32,000 nucleotides of DNA from assembly GCF_000829235.1 (NCBI RefSeq), contig NZ_AP012549.1, positions 1,560,001-1,592,000 of the forward strand, read 5' to 3'. Origin of the DNA: a cyanobacterium endosymbiont of Epithemia turgida isolate EtSB Lake Yunoko (lineage in GTDB: Bacteria > Cyanobacteriota > Cyanobacteriia > Cyanobacteriales > Microcystaceae). Both the position numbers and the translations under genes were made by a program. This document shows positions 9,094 through 19,254 of this stretch, piece after piece (within the stretch, counting starts at the first letter, position 1; every line of letters starts with the position of its first letter). The notes beneath the pieces are model-generated. The model made no database searches and was not told where the DNA came from. It worked only from the letters and a program-made list of their open reading frames with translations.

Positions 9094-9423
9094 ATGAGTA
9101 GTGTCCTCGAAATTACTGATACCAAATTTAAAGAAGAAGTTTTTTTTGCTAAGCAACCTGTTCTAATTTATTTTTGGGCTTCTTGGTGTGGTCCATGTCA
9201 ATTAGTTTCTCCTTCTATTAGTGAGATCGCCAAAAGTTACAGGAATCGTCTAAAAGTGGTTAAATTAGAAGTTGATACTAATCCTAAAGCAACTGCTGAG
9301 TGTCGAGTTAAAGGAGTTCCAGCTTTGAGACTCTATAAAGACAAAGAACTTTTGGCTGCCCATGAAGGGGCTATTACCAAACAAAAACTTATTGAGGACA
9401 TTTTAGATCCTCATTTAAGTTAA
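9094..9423 (+). CDS. trxA: Thioredoxin
   Basis: 109 aa with the active site WCGPC (FWASWCGPCQLVSP) and the thioredoxin-fold pattern (..VVKLEVD.NP......V.GVPALRLYKD). Confidence 0.92.
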   Translation: MSSVLEITDTKFKEEVFFAKQPVLIYFWASWCGPCQLVSPSISEIAKSYRNRLKVVKLEVDTNPKATAECRVKGVPALRLYKDKELLAAHEGAITKQKLIEDILDPHLS

Positions 9424-9517
9424 ATAGTAAGCAGTTAATAATGAATAGTTAATGATTAATAACTGTTTACTAGGCTATTTAAACAGGTCATTAAATAACT
9501 CTAAATTTGTAAATACT

Positions 9518-10654
9518 ATGCGCTTTGCCAGCCGTCTCAAAGCTCTGTCAAGGAATGTCTTTGCCGATATAGATCAGGCGAAAGCCGAGGCCATATCGGC
9601 AGGTAAAACTGTCATAGATTTATCCTTAGGCTCGTCTGATTGGCCAGCTCCAGATGCAGCGATTGCTGCCATCGAAAAATCTTTGCGCGACCCCACGACC
9701 CACGGCTACCTGTTACACCCAGCATGGAACACTTACTTTTCGGAAAGCTGTGGCTAAATGGTGCACTCACCGTTTCGACGTTGAGATTGATCCTCAGACC
9801 GAAGTATTACCTTCGATCGGTTCTCAGGAAGGAACAGGTCATTTGCCTTTAACTATCCTCAACCCTCAGTCAATAGCCTTATTGCCCGATACTGGCTATT
9901 CTTCTTAGGTAGGTAGGGGGTGTTTATTTAGCAGGGGAAGGGGATAAATTTATATAATGCCCCTGTTAGCCGAAAATTAATTCTCACCTATTTTAGCAAA
10001 TATTCCTACTTATGTTCTGGCTAAAGCTTGTTTGATAGTGTTGAATTATCCTCATGATACCAGGATAGCTATGGCTTTTTCGTCCTTTTTTCAGGAAACA
10101 GTTAAATTTTGTCAGCAATATAATTTAGTTTTAGTTCATGATTTTCCTTACGCTGATATTGTTTTTAATGAAATAAAATTACCGTCTTCTATTTTCTAAG
10201 CAGATCCTAATAAATATAGTTCAATTGAGTTTTTCACCTTTTCTAAGTCATCCAATATGGATGGATTTTGAATTGGGTTTGCTATTAAAAATGCTGAAAT
10301 TGTTACAGCACTAAGAAAGATTAAAGCAATTATTGACTTTAATCAATACCGAGGAATTTAAAAGGGATAAATTGCCGCTCTAGAAGACTCTCAAGAAACC
10401 GTCAAACAAACCGTTGCTGAATTACAAAAACGCCGCGATGTTTTGATTAAAGTACTAAATAATATTAATTGGTTAGTTGAATATCCTCAAGCAACTATAT
10501 ATCTTTAGTATTAAGAACGGGAGTTGCAGTTTCTCCTAGAGTAGGCGTTGGAAAACGGGGAGAGGGTTATATTATATTTAATAATAGTTCATAATCCTGA
10601 TGTGTTAGAAATAGCAGTTAAGCAAATTGCTGAATTATCAGGAAAGACTCTTTG
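9518..10654 (+). pseudogene. Class I/II PLP-dependent aminotransferase pseudogene (multiple frameshifts, stops and an internal deletion)
   Basis: Family-like sequence runs across three frames: MRFASRLKALSRNVFADIDQAKAEAISAGKTVIDLSLGSSDWPAPD..., then HGTLTFRKAVAKWCTHRFDVEIDPQTEVLPSIGSQEGTGHLPLTILNP..IALLPDTGY. After a stop it continues MPLLAEN..LVLVHDFPYADIVF, then a stop, ADPNK.SSIEFFTFSKSSNMDGF, then a stop, IGFAI.NAEIVTALRKIKAIIDFNQYRGI, then a stop, then VAELQKRRDVL...GVAVSP.VG.GKRGEGY...VLEIAVKQIAEL. The PLP-lysine context (FSKS.NM) is still recognisable. The ORF track shows only short pieces here. Confidence 0.88.
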
Positions 10655-10914
10655 ATATTTATCTGACGATATCTATGAAATACTACAAATTTAAGTAAGA
10701 TCTAGGTCATCCAATCTTATCTTTGAAAAAGATACATTCAGTTACTTTTGCTCAAAAGTATTCATAAGGAATATCTTTGAGCAACTTACTACTACTTTGA
10801 ACCTTTTTTACAAAACTTCAGAGACAGTAGTTTTTAGAAAAATTTTCAAATTCTAGATAATATAAACCTAAGAACTGGCATTATAACTAGAAGCGAAGAG
10901 ATATCTTTTCATAA

Positions 10915-11265
<351 letters not shown>

Positions 11266-11327
11266 CTAAAATAGGGGATTACGGACCATCAGTCCTTCCC
11301 CACCAGACAATGTGATGTCAGCATTTT

Positions 11328-11870
11328 TTAACTTTGAAAATCGAGTTTTTCAATATCTTGGCGAATATCATTAAGATCAATATAGCGATCAGTAGCATTT
11401 CTCAATTCCCTAGCAATCATGCCCTCCGTGGAAACAACTGTAATATGGGTACTCTTAGAACGTAATAGTTCAATTGCTCGTTCAAAATCTCCATCACCAC
11501 TAAAAAGAATTACTCGATTATATTGATCTACTGTATTAAACATATCAACTACAATTTCAATATCAAGATTAGCTTTTTGTGAATAACGACCTGATATATC
11601 GTCATAATATTCTTTAAGAATTTTAGTTCTTACTGTATATCCTAAACTTATTAAAGCGTCTCGAAATCCTCTTTGATCTTGAGAATCTTTTAAGCCAGTG
11701 TACCAAAAAGCATTCACTAAACTAACGATAGGATCTTTAGTAAAATATTCTAGCACTCTCTTAGGATCAAAAAACCAGCTGTTTTTTTGTTGAGCATAAA
11801 ACATATTATTACCATCAATAAATATAGAAATGCGCTCTTTATGAAAAATACAAATATTCGTAGCATTCAT
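11328..11870 (-). CDS. NYN-domain (LabA/DUF88-like) protein
   Basis: 180 aa: ISIFIDGNNMFYAQ...LDIEIVVDM......YNRVILFSGDGDFERAIELLRSK...ITVVST is the pattern of LabA-like NYN/PIN-type putative RNase domains common in cyanobacteria. ATG start. Confidence 0.8.
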   Translation of the reverse strand: MNATNICIFHKERISIFIDGNNMFYAQQKNSWFFDPKRVLEYFTKDPIVSLVNAFWYTGLKDSQDQRGFRDALISLGYTVRTKILKEYYDDISGRYSQKANLDIEIVVDMFNTVDQYNRVILFSGDGDFERAIELLRSKSTHITVVSTEGMIARELRNATDRYIDLNDIRQDIEKLDFQS

Positions 11871-14369
11871 GAAATTAAAACCTAAGATTATTTAGGAATA
11901 AAATTTAATTGTTTAGCTTAATAGTTTAGTTAAGCAATTTTACTTAATTAAAATCTTACCTTAAAAGTTTATTCCTTTGTTGTGATGGATATCTCCAATA
12001 GAAAGGAGAAGTCTTTAAGATACAAGTAAAAGAGAAAAATACTTCTAAAGAAGTATTTTTAGCTAAGTCTAATTCTTTAACTATTGAGAGAACTTCAAAT
12101 ACATAATTGTCCAGAATTCTTCTTGAGCTACTAAATAAAAACACCAATAGCTTCATCATACTGGACATAATTTTACAGTAGTGATACATACTAAAGCTAA
12201 GGAGAGTAAATCAACATAAGCAGTTACTTCTTAACAAGAATAAACTATAATTTCCTCTGTTTGTTGATAATTTTACAGAAAGGTTTGTTCAACAGTTAAA
12301 GATAATAAATAATCATAATAATCGGTAACTTGTTTTCATGGTTAATTAACTGTCCCTCAATATTGCTAGCAAGAGAATTAATCAGTTTGTGTTCCTTTTA
12401 ATATCGATTATTATTCTGTTAATTCATAAAACTAACTATTATTAAAGAAGGGTAGCCAGCAAAGGCAAACTGTAGTTCTTTATAAGCAATCACTATATTT
12501 TTTCAGTCAAAGTATCAATTTATCCTATTCCTATTATTTAAATATAAATTTCTATACTGCTCAAAATATAGCTTCCCCATGAGTAGTGACATGGAATAAT
12601 AAATCTCAGTCTATATTAAAGTAATAAGCTCCTCGGATGTGACTAACTTGATAAACTAGGTTTCCCTAATCAAATTCCTTCAATCGATAATAACAAGTTT
12701 TAGGATTAGTCAATTGGCTGACAAGCTATTCACCAGTCAAAATAGAAGAAAAAATAAATATTTATATTTTTAATAATCATTTAAGTCAAGTTTAATTCGG
12801 ATTAATCAGAATACTTTTTTTATTTAAAATTAATAACCTACTATCATACTCATCAATCTCATGGTAACTTAAATGAGCTAAGATTTTTTTGTTATTCTGG
12901 ACTAACTAAGATAGAATAATAACCAATAAGAGCTGTATTTTTTATTTTGTAAGACTTATAAAGTTTCCAAATTTTTTTATTCTCAAATTAATTATTCTAA
13001 TTTTTAAAATACAATCAAAATAATATTTTGAAACCCTATTGATACTAATTAATTAATCAGACCAAGCTAAAAAAGCCAGAATAGCTCTTCCCGATTGGTG
13101 TAGTAAAATTATAAAAATGATATCAATTTAAATCTAGATTTTTTATAGTAAATTAATACATCAAATGCTTTTTTAAATGTTTTTCTAGTATAAAATATTG
13201 TTATTAATTTCTAAGATATCCCGATTTTAATAATTAAATTCTAATTTAATAGATATGCTATCTAATACATTACTTAATCTCATTACTCAGGTAATTAATA
13301 TCGACGGTGTAAAAATGGCTAGTTATTATTTTGTAAGTCAAAATTTTATCTTTATATAGCTCCAAAAAATCACTTGTATAGAGTCAGAAATATTTTTAGT
13401 ATTTCTCTCAGTAAATTTCTATTGATTGATATGTACTCAATGCCATAAAATTTTGAGGGAAGGATTAGATTTTTTTAAAAATAGAAATCTTTATACATAT
13501 GAAACTAACTTTAAAAATCACTCAATAATTTTTAGAAACTAACGGCAAAAACGCCACTCGAAGAAAATGACTCCGTCAGAGATTGACAGTTTATTAAAAG
13601 AGAACTCAAAGAATAAAAAAGTTAGGAACCTATAAAATCACTTATCTTAGAAAAGTAAAAAAATTACGCGGCAATTTTAGTAAATATAGACAGTTAAAAA
13701 TAGACAGCTTTTTATAAAAAAATAAAGAGGTAATAGTAAACTATTTATACAGTCTGAGTTCATAGGTATTGAGCCAAATAGAATGGATTAATACAGTATT
13801 TTTATACTAACCAGGTCATATAAAATCATCGATATTAATGTCTTGAGAGCATAATTTAAAAATTGTTTAAGTTTATAGTAGTTTGCTTGTTATTAAAATT
13901 ATTGCTCAATCAAACTATGTTAGAGTTTAGTAGATTTTTATCATCCTAAGTTCGGTAGAGTTGTATAGATTTATAGATTTCCTATAAAAGGGTTATCAAA
14001 GAAATACTTTGTCATGCCCAAATAGTAGTGTGCAGAGTAAAAAAAGATATGTATAAACACTTAAAGATAAAAGAAAAATAGATAAAAAACTAGCTGACAT
14101 AATCCATAGTAAATATCTCTTACTCCAACATAAAGAAAGCCAAGATAGAGGAAATTTTAAAAATGTTATTAGTTTTATAAAATATGTAGAACAAAAAATA
14201 GGAGATAAGAAAAATTTTTAAATCTCAAACAATAAGTGATGAAGCTCTCAATAAATTTATAAAATGGACATAAACTGCTTATAAATATTTTCCGAATAGT
14301 TGTCATCTAATATATAGATAGATAAACGGAATTGTAACTTATTTTTATACTCCGATCACCAAAGATTAG

Positions 14370-14426
14370 TATAAGCTTGTCTTTTAATTAATTAGAAAAT
14401 TAAATTAATTAAAAGACAAGCTTATA
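14370..14426. repeat. 24-bp perfect inverted repeat, 9-nt loop
   Basis: 14370-14393 tataagcttgtcttttaattaatt is the exact reverse complement of 14403-14426, with loop agaaaatta. It lies in the 2.7-kb ORF-free stretch, about 500 nt downstream (minus strand) of the ftsH stop. Confidence 0.9.
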
Positions 14427-14931
14427 GCTTAACTAACTTTTACAATTTTAGAAGGATAGTTTTATCAAACTGAAACTTTTTATCCTGACTTATTAAACTC
14501 AATCTAATAGCTAATTAATTCTTTAATCTAATTCTATTAGACTAAAAAATATTTCAAAAATATAATCCATACTAGTTAATTAAAATAAAACTCAAATTGA
14601 TTAGTTAATCGAACAGAGAGATATTTTTTTACTTTATATTTTGGCTCTATTGAGCGACATTAATAATGCTTGCAAACCTATATTTTTCATAAAAGTAATA
14701 TCTGTCAAATCAATAACAATTATTATTGTTTATATTTAAATTAAAAAAATAATTATTTTACGGAAACTATCGATTTAGGTACTAGATAAAATATCGGAAG
14801 GTTTAAAAACTTTAAATTCATAAGTCATAGTTAGCTTACTAACTTATTAATATCTTAGTATCGAAAAGGTAATTTTCATAGAGTTTCAAAAGCTTACAAA
14901 CAGAGATATAAAATTCTATAATCATACAGAC

Positions 14932-16827
14932 TTACAACCATTTAGCTGGAAGTCCTAAGGGCTGCTGGAAAGAAATCTCAAATTTTTCTAATAATTGGCG
15001 GAATTGCTCTCCTTCAATAGTCTCTTGGTCAATTAGAATATCTACTAAGTGATCAATGGCAGTACGATTCTCTTGAATTATCTTTTGAGCTTTATCATGG
15101 CAATGATCTACGATATGTCGTACTTGGTGGTCAATTTTACCAGCAATATCCTGAGAATAATCAGATTCATTGTGATCATCATTTTCCAAAGCAACTAATC
15201 CTAACTCAGACATTCCGAAGCGAGTTACCATTTGTCGGGCCAAGTCAGTCACTTTTTCAATATCGTTCCCAGCCCCAGTTGTGACTTCATCCTCACCGAA
15301 AATTATTTCTTCAGCAGATCTACCCCCCAATAAACCGACAATTCTAGCCAACAATTGATTTCTGGTAATTAGTCTAGATTCTTCATCTGGAGTAAACCAA
15401 GTTAAACCTTTGACTTGGCCTCTGGGAATTAAAGTAACTTTTTCTACGAGATCATGTCCACTACATAAAGTTCCTACAATTGCATGACCCACTTCATGAT
15501 AGGCAATTAACCGTTTACTCTTACTATCGACTAAAGGAGTTCCTTCCATTCCAGCCACGACCCGATCAATAGCATCGTTAATTTCTGTCATGGTAATGGC
15601 TTCTTTGCGTCGCCGTGCTGTGAAAATTGCCGCTTCGTTGAGGACATTGGCCAAATCTGCCCCCGTAAACCCTGGGGTCCTTCGGGCGATCACTTCTAAG
15701 GATACTTTTTCATCAACTTTTTTATCCCTGGCGTGAACTTCTAAAATGCCTTGACGACCTTTAAAATCAGGATAATCTACTATTAACTGTCGGTCAAAAC
15801 GTCCAGGGCGTAACAATGCTTTATCGAGGACATGAGAACGGTTAGTAGCTGCAATCACAATAATTCCCTGATTACCCTCAAAGCCATCCATTTCTGTTAA
15901 TAATTGGTTAAGAGTTTGTTCTCTTTCATCATTTCCTCCTCCATAACCTACTCCTCGTTGACGACCTACCGCATCAATTTCGTCAATAAAAATAAGACAA
16001 GGGGCGTTTTCTTGAGCTTTTTTAAATAAATCTCGTACCCGTGAAGCCCCGACACCAACAAACATCTCTACAAATTCTGAGCCTGATATACTGAAGAAAG
16101 GAACAGCTGCTTCTCCTGCAATAGCTTTAGCGAGTAAAGTTTTGCCAGTTCCGGGGGGGCCAACTAACAGCACCCCTTTAGGTATTTTTGCGCCTATTGC
16201 AGTAAATTTTTCAGGTTGTTTGAGAAAAGTCACTACTTCTTGTAATTCTTCTTTAGCTTCGTCAATACCAGCCACTGCGTCAAAGGTAATTCCTGTTTTA
16301 GCTTCCATCTGGAAACGGGCGCGGGATTTTCCAAAGTTCATAGCTTGACCAGACATACCGGCTGAACGTCGTAGAATTACTAGAAAAATTGTAAATAATA
16401 AAAAAAGAACGATTAAATTGGTAACTAATCCGATTGCAGCTGAGTTATCGGCGGATGGACGAATTGCAAATGGCACTTCGTTATCTCGGAGTTTAGCAAT
16501 CAATTCAGTATTAAGATGATTTTTAAATATGGGAATTTCTTGATGTTGCCCTTTTTTGTCTGGATCTTTAAAGGTAACTTTAGCTTTTTGTTGTTTGGGA
16601 TCAATTTCCACGTTGGCCACTTGATCCGATTCAATTTTCTCAATTAATTCGGTGTAGCTGCCTTGATCAGTTTTAGTGTCTGTTTTCGTTTGTCCCCAGG
16701 CGGGTGTGGCTATTAGTAATGATTGAATGAGCATCAAACTAGTAACAAACTGATCCCATCCTCTTAAGGAGATTTTATGTTTCTTTGATTGCTTAGCCTT
16801 GGGGGCTACTGTATTTTTCTTTATCAT
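14932..16827 (-). CDS. ftsH: ATP-dependent zinc metalloprotease FtsH
   Basis: It has Walker A GPPGTGKT, Walker B LIFIDEID, the second region of homology [19 protein letters not shown], the zinc site HEVGHA, and two N-terminal TM segments. The ORF is open to a TTG at 16860; I prefer the first ATG (MIKKNTV) at 16827. The start is uncertain by 11 codons. I cannot assign which FtsH paralog this is. Confidence 0.95.
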   Translation of the reverse strand: MIKKNTVAPKAKQSKKHKISLRGWDQFVTSLMLIQSLLIATPAWGQTKTDTKTDQGSYTELIEKIESDQVANVEIDPKQQKAKVTFKDPDKKGQHQEIPIFKNHLNTELIAKLRDNEVPFAIRPSADNSAAIGLVTNLIVLFLLFTIFLVILRRSAGMSGQAMNFGKSRARFQMEAKTGITFDAVAGIDEAKEELQEVVTFLKQPEKFTAIGAKIPKGVLLVGPPGTGKTLLAKAIAGEAAVPFFSISGSEFVEMFVGVGASRVRDLFKKAQENAPCLIFIDEIDAVGRQRGVGYGGGNDEREQTLNQLLTEMDGFEGNQGIIVIAATNRSHVLDKALLRPGRFDRQLIVDYPDFKGRQGILEVHARDKKVDEKVSLEVIARRTPGFTGADLANVLNEAAIFTARRRKEAITMTEINDAIDRVVAGMEGTPLVDSKSKRLIAYHEVGHAIVGTLCSGHDLVEKVTLIPRGQVKGLTWFTPDEESRLITRNQLLARIVGLLGGRSAEEIIFGEDEVTTGAGNDIEKVTDLARQMVTRFGMSELGLVALENDDHNESDYSQDIAGKIDHQVRHIVDHCHDKAQKIIQENRTAIDHLVDILIDQETIEGEQFRQLLEKFEISFQQPLGLPAKWL

Positions 16828-17028
16828 AGTTTGTCGAGTTAGATTTTGCTCTGAGGTCAACTTAAGAATAGTTGTCCATAACTAAGTTCAGCCAAGAAGT
16901 TGTTTTATTTTTATTATGAACGATGATGTCAAATAATTGACAAGAGACAACAGTTAAGGTAGTGGACTTGTTAACAGTAAAATGCCAGCTGTTATCCTCC
17001 CTAATTCTCTCCTTCTTCCCCCTTAGGT

Positions 17029-18765
17029 TTAAGAGTCTCGTCGTTCCCGATTTTTTCCGTAGCGAGTTTCTTGTAGACTATTGCTAATTCCTTGAATGAT
17101 TCCACGAACAATTAGTCCTAATCCTCTGCCAACAACTTGAGTGAGTAGATAAACTAATCCATGACCAATTAATCTAACCATAGAGCGCAATACGGGAGCA
17201 AAGGCATCACGAGATTCTAGAATAATGGTAACTGCCCAACGAATTCCTTTAAGCTGTTTAAGTTCATGTTGTCGTGAGGCATAAATAAAGGTGGCTTCAA
17301 TTCCTTTTTTACTCCAGAATAATAGTCGGTATTTACTTTCAAAAATATTGCGCGGTTCTTCCCAAAATTGCTCTTGACGATAAACCCAAGACAAGTTATT
17401 ACGAAATTTAGCAATTTCTCTAGAAGAACCCATTTTGTCTAAAAATAATTTACGGCTTATTACTTCGATATCTGAGAAATTATTTAAAATCAAAAACACA
17501 ATTCCATTGGCTGTCTGAATCATAAAGTTTTCAAGTAAAATCTCAGCTCGATGGCAAACTTCAGTACTTTTAGTAGAATATAAAAGACCCTCAATTATTA
17601 CTTTTTGATCAAAAAGTAAATATTTTAGCAATTCATCAAAATAATAGATTTTTCTGAGAAATTCTTTTTGAACTAAACTGATATTATGATCTATAATATT
17701 TTGAATATCATCTAAGGTTATTGTAGATCGCAATACACAATACTTACCTAAAAAATTAACCGCTGATTCGTGCCAAATTTTTTGGGCAATCATGGCAGTA
17801 TTCTTCGGTAATTCTGAAGCATCTACTGTAATGAATTTCAAGTCTTCTAAGCTTCTCCCTAATTGATGAATAACAATGGTCATTAACTCTTCTTTTTTAT
17901 CAGTTCGGAGAATATCTATTTCTAGAGAAATTGATGTTAAATTGTCATAGTTGAGCGCTAATTTTTTAAGCGTATTCTTGAAAATTGCTAGGCTATTGAG
18001 TGATTTTACCCCTAGGATGTTTGTTGAGGAGTCAGCTGAGAATACAGGAGGATCGTTCTGATTTTGAGAACCTGTTGAGGAAAGCTTTAATTGTGAAATT
18101 GGTACAGCCGTAGTAACATCGATGGGAATGAATCTATTAACTAACCATTTGGTAGCTAATAATTCTCGCCTTTTCCCTTTCAAAAATTCTTTATTAATCC
18201 ACGATAATTGGTTTTGGGTAAGCTGTAGATTAATTTGTTTAATGGTTTTATTAATTTGTTTAATGGTTTTATTAATTTGTTTTAATCCTAATTGTTTACC
18301 CTGTAAAAGCCATGTCTGAGGAGATTTAGGTTGTTCCAGAGTTACATTAGACGAGAAAACAGCTAGGGTCGGCCAAACTGTCTGACCTTGAGCTATTTTT
18401 TGCAGTTGTTCGATCAAACGTTCTATCGTTATCCCTTTTGGACAATAACCTTCAACACCAGCTTGTTTAGCCGTTTGTAGTGACAATGGATCGGTTAAAT
18501 GACTTAACAAGCATATTTTAAGAGTGCGATAGGTTTGTTTAATTTCTTGAAGAAACCTCCACCCCTCTGAGACGTTATTGGGGGTATCAGGATCTAAGAT
18601 GATTAGATCTATTGAGTGTTCTACTAAGGTCTCTCGAATAGGTTTAGAGAAATCTGTTTGAACGACAACACGAAAATCCGAATAGTTGCCTAAGACATTA
18701 GAGAGTCCTAAGCGAAAAATAGCATCATTATCAATTAGTAGTAGATTAATCGGGCGATCGCTCAC
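17029..18765 (-). CDS. Response regulator receiver domain fused to a DUF3685 (Ycf55-like) C-terminal domain
   Basis: The N-terminal REC domain reads INLLLIDNDAIFRLGL...SIDLIILDPD (acceptor Asp context)...KICLLS...GYCPKG. The long C-terminal region is of the type I recall as DUF3685/Ycf55-like in cyanobacteria, an assignment made from memory rather than a search. GTG start; a HIP1 site (18754-18761) lies in codons 2-5. Confidence 0.8.
   Translation of the reverse strand: MSDRPINLLLIDNDAIFRLGLSNVLGNYSDFRVVVQTDFSKPIRETLVEHSIDLIILDPDTPNNVSEGWRFLQEIKQTYRTLKICLLSHLTDPLSLQTAKQAGVEGYCPKGITIERLIEQLQKIAQGQTVWPTLAVFSSNVTLEQPKSPQTWLLQGKQLGLKQINKTIKQINKTIKQINLQLTQNQLSWINKEFLKGKRRELLATKWLVNRFIPIDVTTAVPISQLKLSSTGSQNQNDPPVFSADSSTNILGVKSLNSLAIFKNTLKKLALNYDNLTSISLEIDILRTDKKEELMTIVIHQLGRSLEDLKFITVDASELPKNTAMIAQKIWHESAVNFLGKYCVLRSTITLDDIQNIIDHNISLVQKEFLRKIYYFDELLKYLLFDQKVIIEGLLYSTKSTEVCHRAEILLENFMIQTANGIVFLILNNFSDIEVISRKLFLDKMGSSREIAKFRNNLSWVYRQEQFWEEPRNIFESKYRLLFWSKKGIEATFIYASRQHELKQLKGIRWAVTIILESRDAFAPVLRSMVRLIGHGLVYLLTQVVGRGLGLIVRGIIQGISNSLQETRYGKNRERRDS
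18229..18282 (-). repeat. Perfect in-frame 21-bp tandem repeat (2.6 copies) inside the response-regulator CDS
   Basis: On the plus strand, aatggttttattaatttgttt occurs at 18241-18261 and 18262-18282, with a partial copy at 18229-18240. This encodes KQINKTI-KQINKTI-KQIN in the linker between the REC and C-terminal domains. Confidence 0.9.
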
Positions 18766-18816
18766 GATTCTTAGGAAGAAATGATAACACTATCTTTAGT
18801 TTAGTCCAGGTTTGTC

Positions 18817-19254
18817 TTATTGCTTATAACCAAAAAAGTCGATTCGATAGTCAGTTATTTTTCCCCCTGTTTGCTGTTCCACTTGTTCAAGTAATTCCGA
18901 GGGTAATTTCAGATAAATGTCCATAATTTGTTTTGTTATGTATCCAGACAGTTAACATGACTGTGAGAGTCGCTGATATGACCGTACAGCCTGCCGTAAG
19001 ATTGTTCAATACATTCAACTTGGTTTGAAAGAGCCTCTAGGTTTTGATCTACTGAAGCATAGCTAATCTCTTTGCCCTCTTGGGAGAGATACTTGTAAAT
19101 TTCCCTAGCGGACAATTGTCCCTTAGCTTTCCAAAGTAACTCTAGGATGAAGCGACGTTAACGGCTAATCCGTGTTCCCAGTGTCTGACAAAGGTCAAGG
19201 ATATCTTCAAGTGATCGGAGTGAGTAGTTGGCTTTGTCTTTTTTGTTTATTCAT
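18817..19254 (-). pseudogene. Fur-family metalloregulator pseudogene (three lesions)
   Basis: The minus-strand translation reads MNKQK..ANYSLRSLEDILDLCQTLGTRISR*RRFILELLWKAKGQLSAREIYKYLSQEGKEISYASVDQNLEALSNQVECIEQSYGRLYGHISDSHSHVNCLD, then after a frameshift QIMDIYLKLPSELLEQVEQQTGGKITDYRIDFFGYKQ*. This is the Fur/Zur/PerR-family winged-helix plus dimerisation pattern. The lesions are a frameshift in an A6 run (plus-strand T6 at 19239-19244), an in-frame TAA at 19158-19160, and a frameshift/stop near 18925-18945. No ORF >=60 aa is present here. Confidence 0.85.

Noticed and set aside
9640-9852. 70-aa ORF overlapping the aminotransferase locus
   Set aside because: It is an off-frame reading of the pseudogene. 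The homologous frames are those of the 9452-9757 and 9654-9908 ORFs.
10732-10745. NtcA-like site ATA-N8-TAC upstream of glnB
   Set aside because: It deviates from the GTA-N8-TAC consensus in the first half-site. I could not find a properly spaced -10 (TAN3T) about 22 nt downstream, and it sits about 180 nt from the start codon. It is too weak to call without transcription start data.
11956-12189. 77-aa minus-strand ORF at the edge of the desert
   Set aside because: It has very AT-rich, low-complexity composition (F/L/S/K-rich), no ribosome-binding site I could see and no recognisable similarity. It is likely a chance ORF.
16934-16949. tgtcaa-ataa-ttgaca palindrome containing a TTGACA -35-like hexamer upstream of ftsH
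   Set aside because: No convincing -10 hexamer lies at 16-18 nt spacing on the ftsH strand, so a promoter call is not supportable from sequence alone.
18229-18282. Possible CRISPR-like or other repeat array
   Set aside because: It has only 2.6 contiguous 21-nt units with no spacers, lying in frame inside a CDS. Nowhere in the window did I see repeat-spacer periodicity or cas-like genes.
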